From NCBI RefSeq assembly GCF_018977255.1, contig NW_024704742.1, forward strand, positions 66,838,001 to 66,902,000: a stretch of 64,000 nucleotides of DNA. Reading direction: 5' to 3'. Under the pieces are notes generated by a model that worked only from the letters and a program-made list of their open reading frames with translations, was not told where the DNA came from and ran no database searches. Of this stretch, positions 1-14,260 are shown piece by piece (within the stretch, counting starts at the first letter, position 1; each line of letters starts with the position of its first letter). Source of the stretch: Callorhinchus milii (lineage: Eukaryota). The position numbers and the translations under genes were made by a program.

Positions 1-2059
1 GTTTGTCTGTTCAGGAGGATGTAACAGATCCCATGATACTATTGAAAAAGAGAAGGCAGTTTGTTCCAGTGTCCTGGCCGCCAATGCTTCAGTTAGAATT
101 CATCATTCACTTCATAGATATTTGTAGAACATGGTGTGTGAAAATTGGCTGCCGTGTTTGCCTACAAAAACATAGTCGCTACACTTTAGCGAAAACTGAC
201 GCACTTTAAGATATTTGTATAAGGTGTTCTATCAAAGGCAAGGATTGTTATTTTATTATTTTTACAATGCTTTCTTCAATGTGCTACTATATCAGGAAAT
301 TCCCTCAGATTTACCGAGAAAGAGTCTACTTTGCAATAGAGCAAGGGACAGTAATGATCTTTGCATTGACCAACACACAAAATACCTCCACTATTTTCTA
401 ACTATTGAAGAGTGCATGGATCTTTAATGCCTTGTTTACACTGCACTTTCAAGGAGAATAAATCAGGTAATTGCACAATACAAAGTCAGATTTTAATTTC
501 ATGATCCATGAGCAAACGTGTTGTAGCTTATTGAATCTGGTCAGAACCATCTTAAATATTAACTTCAGTCTCAGTTGATCACTGGTCTTCATATCCCAGG
601 ACAAAATTCTCAGATAATCCCAGAATTATCAGTGTCCTGGGACATCCTCCCGATGGGAAAAGTGTTATACAAATGTAATTTGTTGTTGTTGTTCAAGAAG
701 AGCATCAAACTCAACTGTTCTCAAGTATTAAACATTGCAAGTCCCACAATCAATTGCTCTTAGCCAGTTAAAATATCTTACTCCTAACTGACTTACTCCT
801 CTCCAAATCGCGGTGTCACCTGTGGGTGTGGTCGTTGCCAAAAGAGTACCCATGTTTAAAGAGTGTTCTCCGGGCAATCCCGTGCACATCATGCAGATTC
901 ATAAGGCTAAATAATAACAAATGTGTAGTTGTAGACAAAGATGTCAGCCAATTTGCTCACATCGTTGTCCTAGAAACAGTCTTCAAGACAATGACCAATT
1001 TTATTTGGGGGATTTTGGCCAGTACATGGGAAAAACTCCCTTCTGTTTTCAAATAGTGTCGTGGGATCTTTAAAGTCCCCGTGAACAGGCGGCGGGACCT
1101 CGGTTTAAAATCTCATATGAAGATCTGCACCTCTACCAATACAGTGCTTCCTCAATATTTTGAGCTCCAAGTCCCCTAACGTAATAATAATATAAATTAG
1201 AATATAAATAATGATCCTTGCACTTCGTATAGCGCCTTATGTCGGAAAGACGTCTCAAAGTGCTTTACAGAATTACTGTGAAATGGAGTGATTATGTATT
1301 TGTGGGGCTCCAAACCTTATGCCTCAGATGCAAGAGTACAACCAACTGAGCCAGGCTGACACCTCATTTCAGCTCGTAGCCAAGTATACAATAGAACCAA
1401 AGTCTCGAGACTCTGTGGAATATAGTTTGACTGACTGGTTTACAGGCACACTTGCCGGTGATCATGCAGTGGTGACAACCACTAACCTTATTAGGAATCA
1501 CTTTGCAGCTTTTTAAAGACAGAGCAGTCTTTATTGATATCTCACTAGGTGCACTGACATCTCATTTATCCTACTGAAGTAAGAGGAGAGACTCTCACCT
1601 ATAAAAAAAATTGGCTGCTTTCAGAGGCTATTCAGAAACTATTAATAGGTGATTAGAAGAGTTTTCTACAAGATAAAGCGACACTGAGTCACCTTAGATT
1701 TTTGGCACACGTTGCAGAAGAGAAACAAAATGTAAGTAACAGTTTATACGGCAAATGAATCAGTTTGTTCTCAACAGGAATCTGGTGGCCCAACAATGAA
1801 TGAGACAAGAGGGAACTGTACAAATAGCAATAATAATTTGCATTTATATAGCTACCTTCTCGCAGGATAGTATCTGAGCACTGTATAACGCACTTAATGT
1901 TAAAACACAAATTGGTCCTAGTGGAGATTGATATATCAATCATACCAAATTGCCAAATAATCATAGATATGTAAGATGAGGTCCCTCCTGCTACCTTTGT
2001 GATGCCTACATGCAATACCCATCCCCAGTCTAACTGTTTAGCTGTCTTAAAGCATAACA

Positions 2060-2725
2060 ATAATAAAAATAATAATAGTTGCATTTGTTCCATTGCCTTA
2101 TCACATCGTTGAGACGTCTCAAAGTGCTTCACAGAATCCATTGCAAAGTGGCTTGACTATATTTTGTGGGCCAAAACATAGCAACTAATTGTGCACAGCA
2201 GTGTTCCACAAGCAGTTGTGATCAATTTTTTTTAAGGGTTTATTATCCATCAATTGACTGACAACTAAGTTCCTACTTATTGCTAGGTATTGCTAGAGTC
2301 CTGTAGCTCAGTGGTTAGAGCACTCGCTTTGCAAGTGAGAGACCTGAGTTCAATTCCAGGCAGCGCGAAACCTTGGGCAAGTTTCCTTACTCCACACAGA
2401 GCCTAATAATAATCCCTCCAAAAACCAAAAACAATAATAAATTGGTCATTTTCAATCCACGATTGTTTGTGGGACATTGCTGTGCGTAATTGGCTGCCGC
2501 GTTCGCCCACAAATATAAGTCAATTCACTTTACAGTGTGTTCTGTGAAGCGCTTTGGGACGTCCTCCCGACGTGAAAAGCGCTATATCAAATGCAAGGAT
2601 TATTATTATTAAACAGAGGCGTGTGGAGTAAGGAAACTTGCCTAAGGTTTCACCCTGCCCGGGAATCAAACCCGGATCCTCTTGCTTCTGAGGCGAGCAC
2701 GTTAATCACTACGCTACGGAACTTC
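2060..2725 (-). mobile_element. Older SINE copy of the same family, split by the 2296-2610 insertion
   Basis: Segments 2060-2290 and 2611-2725 join into one minus-strand copy collinear with 42520-42865. Confidence 0.8.
2296..2610 (+). mobile_element. Full-length young tRNA-derived SINE (tRNA head, Deu-like body, L2-type tail, (TTA)n)
   Basis: A box TAGCTCAGTGG and B box GTTCAATTCC; body gggacattgctgtgcgtaattggctgccgcgttcgccc; tail gcgctatatcaaatgcaaggattattatt; near-identical to other copies in the window. Confidence 0.92.
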
Positions 2726-2952
2726 ACTGTAATAATTAAAGCACTCTGGGACGCTACCCTGGGTGAGGGGCGCTATATAGATGCAAGCAGTTGTTGTTAT
2801 TAGTAACATTCAGAATTAGACCGCAATGCAGAATTAAATGGCAAAGCAAAAGAGATAGACTTCTGTTTTTTTTGAAAGAGAGGAGCAGCCTTACTTCAGA
2901 AATATATAAAATTAAACACAATGCCCCCTCTCCACCACCGCCACAAACATAC

Positions 2953-3130
2953 CTGTACATCTCATCCAGCTTCTTCTTTAAGATCTTTAATGTTGCCGCT
3001 GCACATGTTGGATCTAAGTCCTCATCTTTCCTTCTTGGTGGACGTGGCTGTGAACACGATGATTGAGGCCTTGCAGATGCTTTGGCTGCCCTGGCTGTCT
3101 GTTCATCCTTTTGTACCCAAGGCTCCAGTC
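2953..3130 (-). CDS. UVSSA: UVSSA internal exon (GLEPWVQKDEQTARAAK...RRKDEDLDPTCAAATLKILKKKLDEMY); gene continues off the left end
   Basis: tatacag| acceptor and AG|gtatgt donor; 178 nt, phase 1/2, consistent with the preceding exon. DPTCAAA matches UVSSA DPTSAAA. Confidence 0.9.
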
Positions 3131-6100
3131 CTGTATAAGAGTTACAGAAATGTTTTTAAATACTGATCGGGCAAAAGTCAAACTATACCTAAATACCACA
3201 GTAACAAGCATTCATTGAATTGTATTTACTAGATTTCAAAACCTGGCTAATATTATTAAATAGCTTCCATTTTATTTCAATCATCTTTGTTTGACTTCAT
3301 TTTGGTAATATACTCTCATGGCCAATTTTTTCATTATCTGATACTAAATTCCAAATCAATGCACTGGAGCGATAAGTGATTGAATTTCAAGACTGTGCAA
3401 ATTTGGTCATTCACTCTGACTGTTTGCGGGACATTGTTGTGCGCAATTGGCCACTGCACTTCACCCACAAAATATAGTGAATCCACTTTGCAACACATTC
3501 TCTAAAGCATTTTGAGACTACTCAACGACATGATAAGGCACTATATCAATTGCAAGGTTTATGTCGCCCACAAAATATAGTCACTACACTTACACTATAT
3601 TCTGTGATGTGCTTTGAGACATCTCTAAGACATGATAAGGTGCTATATCAAATGCAAGGATTATTATCATGAAGACCATCGTCTCAAACTTAAAACCAAT
3701 TTGGTAACCTGACTTTCCTCTGGTTTTATGTTTAAGAACCAGAAGAGGCAATTTAGCCCATCAAGCTTTAAGATCATTCTTTTTAAAGAACGTTTTTTCA
3801 AACTAAGCCTGAATTTAATAACTTTCCAAAATTGTGCATGATTGTAAGTTTGAAGTCAAATGGTCCTAGACAATAAAGAATTTCAGGTCTCAGGACATAA
3901 CCTCATCACCCCTCAGTTGAATAAAATTAAAATTGGTCATCCACTTCATGGCTTTTTCTGGGACATTGTAATGCGCAAATTGACTGCTGCGTTCGCCAAC
4001 ACATACAGTCACTAAACTTATATCATATGAAGTGTTTTGAGACATCCTCCTTAAATTCAGGCAATCTTAAATTTAAAGACCAGTCTTTAATGCAAGGGTT
4101 AATATCAAAAGTCAGTTACAATGACACTTACTGGCTTGGCTCACATGTGAAGAATGTCCACTTATATGATATACCAGTGTCACTGTTGCCTGTAGATCTG
4201 TACCCAACAGATAAATCAACACCTCGGGATGGGGTGAGGGGGGAGGGGGGTAATTGAAAGGGGGGGGGGGCATTAAATAAATTACCTGGCTTAGAACTGG
4301 GTTAGATCAAAAAAATGTCAGGCAATTCTACAGCAGCAAAGGGTTGTTAATCACAATCATCCCTACGAGTGGACACAAAGCAAACTGCTATTAACAGATC
4401 TAACGGAATAAAGTACCCAAGATTTTTTTAAATAAAAAGTGTAAACTCTTTTCCGCTTTTCACTAACAGAATGAGTTTGATCCGCATTGTTGCAATGGTG
4501 ACCTTCGTCCAAATAAAAAAAACTATTAAATACCAAAATCTTTCAGGAAATTGCTCAAAGTGTCATCTATTTGCCTGAAGCAATAACACAGATAGAGTTA
4601 AAAAGATTAATCAATAGTAGGAAATGGCAAGGCTGGGCCTGTGGCTGAAAGCTAGGCCATTGAATGCTGACATTATTGATTTTAGCAAGTTCACCAGGCC
4701 TTGTAATTAAAATGTAAATTTGAGAAAGAGATTATGTCCTGACAGAAATCTTGGGATTAGGGGGAAGATAAAAGGCCTCAGTGGTGCAGAGAGAGCGAGG
4801 GAAGATTTCCTCAGCTGTGTGGCTTTACCCGTACTTTAACAACATTGGATCTGCTCTGAAGTTTAATTGGTAAATTGTTGAGTCTGATAATAGAAACTGC
4901 TGATAGAAGTAGGAACCATGGAAAGCTCCAGCAGTCTTGAATGCTTTTTAACTCTTAACCCTTAACTCATAGAGAGTTAAGCTTGTTCATCACAAAGAAA
5001 AGTACTTGGAGCAAAGTTTCTAATTTGTTGGGTGCAAAGGGTCGCCAGTTGGATTTTGAAGGATTTAGGACAAATAAGGTTTCAACATCAAATGGCTTCA
5101 AACAATCATTTTAATTTTTAAGCACCTTTTGTTCAATACCTGCTACCAGCCTTAGCTTTTTAATATCAGTGCATCCATGAAACAGGAAGAAAATTGAGTA
5201 AAGCCCTGTAGAGAGCAATATCTTAACTTTGCAACTGGAACTTTATAAAGTTATTTATATGGTTTTTTTTTAATTCTAAAGAATAGGTATTCTATAAAAT
5301 GTGTTTGTTATTTATGTTAATTGAGAGCTAAAATTACATCTTACCCTGAGGCATCAAAATGAGATTTTGTTGACATTACAATAATACTTTTTATTTTACA
5401 AAATAATAATCGTTACATTTAATCACGTCATTGAAGCTTCTCAAAGCGCTTCACAGAATATATTGTAAAGTGTATGTTAAGGGTGAAACACAAAAAAAAA
5501 CTTTTTCAAATAATAATAATTTGTGACAGTCATTTTCAATAGTGTTATTCTGGAAATGTGACAATTTGTGTTCTAGGATAAAGGCCAGTTGGTATAAAGA
5601 CTGTTTCTGTTAACTTTCCCTGTATTACCAGATTAGCATCATCACTGCTGCATAGACAGAAAAAACAGAAAAACAATTATATGGATGGTATTTATGCAGA
5701 ATTAATGACCTTGCATTTTTATAGTGCTGTATCATGTTGAAATGTCTTACGGTAATTATTGCAAAGTGTAGTGACTGTGGATCTGCAGGCTAACGTGGCA
5801 GTCAATTTGCGCACAGCAGCAGCCACAATGTAATTGATTAGTTTTGTCTGGGGCCTGTTGACTCGGACACTGGGAGAAACTCTACTCTTTTTGAATAGTG
5901 CCACGGGAACTTTAACATCCGCCTGAACAGATAGACAGAACCACAGATGTTTTATCTGAAGGCCTGCCTAGACAATGAGTTCTAATTCCCAACGGGCTTG
6001 AACCCACAAGCTTCTGACTCAGTTCCAAGAGTGCTACCAACTGAGACAGATGAGAGAAGAGCCAGGTCTTTCTGCTATGAGCCAAGAGAAAGAAAACAGG

Positions 6101-6193
6101 AGCTTGGTTCCTCTCTAGGATAAAAGCTAATATTGAGGTTTTGACTTTATTTAATTGAAAAAAGCAAAATATTATTCCACTTTAACTTACATT

Positions 6194-6503
6194 TAATAAT
6201 AATCCTTGCATTTGTTATAGCGCTTTTCACGTCGGGAGGACGTCCCAAAGCGCTTCACAGAATATACTGTAAAGTGAATTGACTGTATATTTGTGGGCGA
6301 ACGCGGCAGCCAATTGCGCACAGCAATGTCCCACAAACAGTCATAGATTGAAAATGACCAATTTATTATTGTTTTTGGAGGGATTATTATTAGGCTCTGT
6401 GTGGAGTAAGGAAACTTGCCCAAGGTTTCGCCCTCTGCCTGGAATTGAACTCAGGTCTCTCACTTGCAAAGCGAGTGCTCTAACCACTGAGCTACAGGAC
6501 TCC
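6194..6503 (-). mobile_element. Full-length young tRNA-derived SINE
   Basis: Reverse complement is nearly identical to 2296-2610. Confidence 0.92.
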
Positions 6504-9500
6504 GATTTATCAAAGCTCAAATAATATTAAAACAAACTTTGTTTTAAAAAGATACCTAGGACATTCTAACTATTATGAACTTTGGTTATCCTATGATGAG
6601 AGATTTCAAAATTATTGCGGTGGCAAATTAACATTCACAAAAATAGGCACAGGAAGCAATTGATTTAAAGCATCAACATTTTTTACAATAAACAGACTTG
6701 CATTTGATATAACATTTTATCAAGTTGAAAAGTCTCAAACTGCTTCACACATGGGGTTACTTTGAAGTGTATAATGATGGTTGTTATGTAGGCAAAACAC
6801 AGTAGCTGAAGTTCATCCATAAATAGCAATGAAATGATTGATCAGTTACAGTAATTAAGGTGTCAGCCTCCGTGTCAGAAGATTGTGGGTTCAAGTCCCC
6901 CCGTCAGGACTTTGAATTCACATAGTGTAGGCTCATGCTCCAGCATCGGGCGGGCGGGGTGTGGTTGCATTGTTGAAAGTGCTGTCCTTCAGACAAGATG
7001 TTAAACTGAGGTCCTGTCTGTCTGTTCAGGTGGATTTTAAAGATCTCATGGCACTATTTATGAAGAGAAAGGAGTTTCTCCCCATGTCCTGGCCAACAGT
7101 AGCCCATCTAAAACTTATCATTCACTTCATGGCTGCTTGTCCAACACTGCTATGCATAAATTGGCTGTCACATGTGCCTACAAAATATATCCAACAACAA
7201 CAAAATTACATTTGTCATTTTCACGTCGGGAGGACGTGCCACGCTGTCACAAGACCTTACAGTAATCCTGTAGGGTACTTCAAGAGGTGCTTCTGATGAA
7301 AAAGGGCCTCTATTAAATGCAAGACTTATTATTATTGTATAACCTTGGCTATGTGATTGAATTTGAATGAGAGTGGAATATTGGCCAGGAATCTGGAAGA
7401 GATAATTACTCTTCTTCGAAACATTACCAGGGGATTTTTAATATTCACCTGAACTACCAAAACAGGCTGATGTCTAAGTCTCACCTAAGGGGCAGTACTT
7501 CCACCAAAGCAAAACTTCCCGAGTAGGTGTCAGCCTACCTCAGCTGGCAGCACTCTTACCTGAGTAGGTTAAGAAGCGGGGACTCCGGGTAATTTTTAAG
7601 TACATCACACGAGCTTGAGGAAAACTATGAATGGGTCAAGAATGAGTTGGAGCGATGGTGTTTCGGAATTCTTGCTGGCTCCCAAGATAATTATAACAAT
7701 AAGCTAATAATAATCCTTACATTTGATATTGTGCCTTTCTTGTCTCAGAAAACTTGACTACAGTGACTGTGTATTTCGTAGGTGAACAAAGTAGCACATC
7801 AGCGATGATCAATTTATATAGGGGTTCATTCAACAGGACACCAGGAGAAACTCCCTCTCTTTTCGAATAGGGCCATGGGATATTTAATGTCCAGCTAAAC
7901 AGGCAGATGGACCTTGGTCCGAAAGGCAACACCTCCAACAATGCAACTTACCATCAGCACTGCATTGGAATGTCAATTTAGCGTACGTAAGCTCAAAGTC
8001 CCGATACAGGTCTTGAACCCACTGACTGACTCAGAGGCGAGAGTGCTTTCAACTTAGCTGGTTGACACACATCTTATCACATCAGCACATATTACAGTAT
8101 TGAAAAAGGCCATTTGGCCACAACTAGTCCACATGAACTTCCAGCCCTCCTAAAAAGTCTCACAGCGCTTTACAGGATTTTACTGTGAAATGCAGTGACT
8201 GTATTTTATCAGACTGGAGTTGTTTGAGGTTATTCTATTTTACATTAAACAAATATGTTGCAATATTTCTTATATTGTGGAAGGGTAAAAAAAATTATGA
8301 TTTCTGTTATATGAAAAACAGAAAAAAAATCAAAATCATGACTCAAAATGGTTACATTTCAGTCATTTAGTGTTTCTAAGAGTTCACATTCAGGATAATT
8401 TAATTTGAATTGACTCAACTTCTAATACTGCACTTCCAGTTACCACAGGGGACAGGGCTGTCCTGTATACATATAATGTATAAAAAGATCTGCTTACTGT
8501 TATTCCCAAAATCAAATCTGCCAAAATATGAATTTAAATTAAAAGCATGATTGCAAATTTGGCGAGGATAGGAGGTGAGATAGCTATTTTACATTGAACA
8601 AATACAATGACTCAGTTACCTTAGGATAGCCCTAATGTTACTCTATTCAGACTGCGGATAGAGGAAACGAACATTTACATTTGCTTATTTGTTCCCAAAC
8701 ACTGATGAACTGCACTTCTGTCCTATACAACCAATCCTTCCAGTTTCATATAAAAGGAGACAGGAGTCAATGCAGAATACACCCAGCAAGTTGACAGACA
8801 ATTGCCACTTTCCCCCAAACAGAGAATAAGTCCACCACAACATAAAGGTGAGATAAAACAAAGAAAGTTTACAGGGTAGAAGGTAGCCATTCAGCCAACG
8901 GTGCTTGTGCTGGTGTTGTCTCACTGTGTGAGCCATCTATGCTAATCTCTTTGCCCCTTCCTTTTCTAATACCCTTTTTTGATTATTTCCTATCAAGTTT
9001 TTATCCAATTATCGAAAAGACCTTCAATCATCCAAAACAACTTCTGATGCGATCTTGTAAATGTGAAATATGCAGAGATGTCTGTATCTCAGGACACTGG
9101 GCTCATTTAAAAAATAGCTTCTTACTGTAATGAGAGGTCAATAGGGTGGAAAGGATGAGATAATATGGGCTGAAAGGTCTTCTTCAGCCAAACCTCTTCT
9201 GTGATGTTATATCCTTTTCAGTAAGCATGCACACGGAACACAGAATTGAAAGACGAGACTGACAGGAATTGCAATGCAAGTTCGATACAAGATTTTCAAC
9301 AGATCATAGAGATTTGACTGGAGGAGCTTCCTGCGCATAGTGACCCAATGTGCAGGAACTGACATCAGAGGAGCCGTAGAAGTTGGCCATTTTTTTGGTG
9401 CAGCAAGCAACTAACACCAGTGGTGTGTGTACCACGTCCGCAGTAACCACAGTGACACAGCACTGTAAGTGAAGCACACTACATGGGGGCAGGATTGGCC

Positions 9501-9845
9501 TGTGCATACATATAAATGGGTTAGATGTAAGGTGTAGATTAGGTATAAACCAGATGTAAAAGAGGACAGGGATAGTAGAGCATTAAACCAACAAATTCAA
9601 GAAAAACAAACTCAGGGGTGGGTGGGGTGGGGGGGGAGAACGGGGGGAAACAGATTCACGACTGAAAAGATGAGAGCTGTTTGTCTACAACAAATGCATG
9701 TTCAAATAACAATGTGGTAACGTACTCAGTGGTCAGTGGGGTGGGGGGGATTAAGCATACAGCTGATCATCTTATTGCTTAATAAGGTAGGTTTATTTAT
9801 TTTGCTCTGGCAGAGGGTGCTGAGCCAGCAGCTGTGCAAACTCAC

Positions 9846-9954
9846 CGTACTCCTCCCGAAGGTGATCCGGTATGCGCGGCTCGTAACCTTCCTTTTCCGG
9901 GACTTCAACAAAATCATCGTCATCATCGTCCTCATCCTCATCGTTTGCTTTCAT
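9846..9954 (-). CDS. UVSSA: UVSSA internal exon ([37 protein letters not shown])
   Basis: cgacag| acceptor and G|gtgagt donor; 109 nt, phase 0/1; contains the UVSSA motif [20 protein letters not shown]. Confidence 0.95.
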
Positions 9955-12900
9955 CTGTCGAAGCAAATCAAAAGGAAACCTGTCACTATCGCTGACCTGT
10001 GAAACATCCTAATTATACTCTTCTGAAATGACAGGAGCACTTAACTTTCTCAGTGAGTAAATGACAGCAATCAATCAAGTCTGAATAACAATGAGCTGCG
10101 GACCTGAAAATTATTTTTGTATAGAATCTACCCAGGAATTTATGAAAGGTGAAGCACAACCCAAGGTTTAGGGTATTATGGCTTTCAACTAGCACACTGC
10201 ACATCAAGCACTAAACAGAATTTATGTGTTTTAATTTTCTGAAAGGAACATTAGAAGGGGTCTTGGTGCTACAATGCATAACATATAGAGCACCTTTTTT
10301 TTCTTTAAGACACAAAGGATTATTTCAACATACTGCAACATTTCACAGTTTCTCGCTACTCAAGGAAAAATCAGCCTCTGAAAATTTCAGGAATTTTCCT
10401 AAAGACTTGGTTTAAGTTTCCTCTAGTTATTGTAAAACTTGAAAAACGTGGTTGATACAGGCGACATTTAAAAACAAAATCTTTTAATGATAGATTTTCC
10501 TAATTAATTAATCATTTTATATTCAATTGCTTCATGGCTTCCAGAAATCCAGTCACTACTGCTTATCACACACACACTCATGCACCCCCACCTCCCATTC
10601 ACCCCCCTCCCCTCCACCCATATACACACACACACATTTCAAGAATAACAAAGAAAGAAAATGTGTCAAGGAACACATTCTTTTCTCTAGTTTGCCCAAA
10701 TTTAGCATTATTGGCCAGAAAATAATAAATAATAATTCTTGCATTCGATATAGCATCTAAATATCTCAAACCGCTTCAGGATTTAGTGTAAAGTATAGCG
10801 ACTGCGTATATCTAGACACAATATTTCTATAACTCAAAATACAGAAAGTGTGCTTGCATTTTATTCCTGAAAAAGAGAAGCAGAAAAAAACAAATATGTG
10901 AATTTGGGGAGCGTCAATATATCCCAATGAGAAAAAAACACTGAAAATTTTGCATGCTAATTTGTGCACAAAGTCAGATAAAAGCGGCATTTTATCTCAT
11001 TTGTGATTGAATGATATTCTAATATCAGTGTTATTAGTGGGGAAAAAGCACCAAAAAGTGCGACTGGGAAGGCGATCGGCTCTAAAATTATGGGTGAGAA
11101 GAGAAAGAAAAGAGAATTACTCATCATTGTTCTATCAGAGTCAATTGAGCTAAGGACTGAAGGCTTAAAAAAAATCTGCCTTCCTCCACATTTTTGTTTA
11201 GTTTACAATTTAATAGAATCATAAGATAAATTCTCCATGGTCTAATTAATTTGGGAGGCAATCTCAATTACTTCCCACCCAGGAAATCAGTTTTGTTCTG
11301 TCTTAAATAAGTGTCTGTTATACTCTTAAAAAATGATGTTGTAAGGCCCCCTTAGACAAGTGAACTCTAAACTTCATTTGTCATTCCGCAAGCTTGATGG
11401 CTATGCATTTAAAAACCCATTCTATCTTATAAACTAAAAATTAAATGTACTCAGCTGTGATAGTCGTCATTGCATCTGCTATTTATATGCTAATACCCTT
11501 TCTGGAAGGTCCTGCAAATTATTGCACTCCGGCAAGTCAGGTGAATCTGTCCCCAAGCCACTAACTGTACAATAAAAAAGTGCACAATATTTTAAAAGGT
11601 TATTGCAAAGATTTTTTAAACTAGAATGAATCAACATTGTTGTTCCAATCAAGTGTGATTTCAGCTTACGGTTCAATGTGATCGAGCGGTCGCTGATTGT
11701 CAAATCATTAGCCAACAACGAACAAAAAGTATGTGGATGCATCAGAACACACTGGGGACTGTGCTGACAAGGCAAACCTGATTGATAAAAGGCATCTTGG
11801 TGCACTAATATTCAGATAAGTTTAACAATTTTAATAATAATCCTTCAATAATATTTATAATAATAATAATCCACTACATCATTTGATACCTTTCGGTTCA
11901 GGAGGATGTCTCACGGTGTTTCACAGGATTTACTGTACAGTAGTGACTGGATTTTTGTGGGTGAGCACAGCAGCAAATTTGCACACGGCAATGTCCCACA
12001 AGAGGACAATGTAGTGAATGAGCAAATTTTATCTGTTATTATTTATTCAGCTTTTACTGTTTTGGATTAGTTTCACTGTATCCTTTGTTCTTACATTTTT
12101 GGGCATTTTGGGGCACTGTCTGCCTCTCTTTGCATATCAAGAATAAAACATTCAGAGATAAGATAAAACTGAGCTCAGGGTGTTTACAACAGTCTCCTTT
12201 GACCACCACTTTATCCTTATTCACAATACAATGCACATATACACGTCTTATTGATAACCAGTGTTAACAGCCCAAGATTTATTTTGACTGGAAGTTTTTA
12301 TTTAAAATAAAGCTTTAAATTGATTTTCAAACGTTTTCAAAATGTTGAACATGCTGTTGTCAATGGAAAGCAAAAATCAGTACTGGAGCAACCAGTGGAC
12401 ATTCTGAAATCAGTCTACTTTCGTACAAAGATCACATTTTTATGGTGGCTTATGACATCGAAAATACTTCAAAGGTAATTACTGTCAAGTGTTGTGGCTA
12501 TTTCTGTAGACAATAATTATAATAATCCTTGCATAATTATAATAGCACCTTATCAAATTCTGTGCTGTAAATTTTAAATATTATGAATATAACATTTTGG
12601 AAATCCACTGGGATAGTGTGAAATTAGTTATAGTTTAGAAAAGTCGATGTGGACGATCTCCAATTGAACTCATGGCTAAGAGGTCAGAAATTCCATCCCA
12701 TCTTAATCATTTGATCTTAAAATTTAGGATGGTGCAGAATCGTGGAAAATTCTTAAATAGTCTTAATTTAGAATCTTGAAAATCTAGCTTCCAAATTAAG
12801 ACTGAATTTAAGACCTTCTTGGCAACCTTGAACATCAAGACAAAATGGTTTGACAGACTAAGAGTCGGTGGAATTTCAGGTCTCAGGCCGGAAATTCCCA

Positions 12901-13961
12901 TTTGGGTACGGTATATGAAATAGCTCAATCAGGGCTCCCTGATTTACCCTCAGCTTTTGAGAAGCATCAGACCTCAGCTCAACCCTTCCCACAGTCAAGG
13001 TTTTGATGATGGAGAATTTACCAGTGAATGGAATCGCGAGAATGATCACCGAGCTTATTGTACAGCTACAGCAATGAATCCCGAGTGATTGTCTATCTCT
13101 ACATCCTAAACCGGAGTCAAGANTTTTTTCCTGCTTACGCTCCATTCCCCTCATTTTGTCATCAGAAAGCTGAGCCTTTGACCATCACCTCCCGAATACT
13201 CATCCAAAAATCTCTTAAGTCTTTCTACAGCACCTCTACCAGTTTTCAAAAATCTCCTAAAGAAAAATACTCTCTCTTCCATCACACCTTTGGCCACCTC
13301 TAAGTTCCTTCCATTTATATCCAGCACCACTCCCATTGTTAAACACTCCAAAATGTTCTTTTATTTGAATGCGGCTCTATATTTGTATGTTGTTCTCCAC
13401 TTAAGCACTATTCAAAGTGTCGAATCTTCAATGTACTGGTACAGTGGTACACTAAAGTGGCATGGAGAGTGGAATCTAGTGGATCATACCTGCGGCTGTG
13501 CCTCAGCAAGTAACCAACTTCAGCGGGGGAACCTTTCCATAGCTGATTACAGAGCAGCATTGGATCTGAAAACCAATCGCCTCCCTGACCCTCGGTTACA
13601 TTATACCTTGGAGAATGGAGCCCGGAGAAGGGTAAGAGTATTTTTTTAAAAAAAAGTGGGAAATTTTAAAATAAAATACTTGCAATAGATTTTGCATTTA
13701 AGTGGCTTGAAGGCTCAGACCATAACTACATTTACAATTCCATACTTTTACAGCATTGAAACATGCCATTTGGCCTAACCAGTCTGTGCCAGTGCATAAT
13801 ATATTCTGAGAAAATAATATCTCGGGATTGAAATTAATATCTCGGGATACAGTACATAGTTTGGGACACGACATGTCAAGCGACTGCCAGGATGGTGGAA
13901 GGCGAATTAGATGGACCTTGGTCTTTTTTCGCCTAGCAAATGTTCTTATGTTCTCACTCAT

Positions 13962-14260
13962 GGAGTCCTGTAGCTCAGTGGTTAGAGAACTTGCCTTGCA
14001 AGCGAGATACCTGGATTCAATTCCAGGCAGGGTGAAACCTTGGGCAAGTTTCCTTACTCCACACGCCTAGAATCCCTCCAAAACAAAAAACATGGTCATT
14101 TTCAACGAAAGACTGTTTGTGGGACAATTGGCTGCCACGTTTTGCCCACAAATATACAGTGAATTCACTTTACAGTATATTCTGTGAAGCGCTTTGAGAC
14201 GTCTAGAAAACATGAAAAAGCGCTATATCAAATGCAAGGATTATTATTATTATTATTATT
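13962..14260 (+). mobile_element. Full-length tRNA-derived SINE, directly after a CR1-like 3' tail (~13860-13955)
   Basis: ggagtcctgtagctcagtggttagag head and (TTA)n tail. Confidence 0.88.

Noticed and set aside
2296..2370. tRNA-like sequences with A and B boxes (also ~6430-6503, ~13962-14030, ~28739-28810)
   Set aside because: They are SINE heads continuing into the same body and tail; I could not establish a proper cloverleaf or acceptor stem.
13290..13649. 119-aa ORF with a downstream GT donor-like site
   Set aside because: It begins inside a decayed L2 tail, has no recognisable homology and lies antisense within a UVSSA intron.
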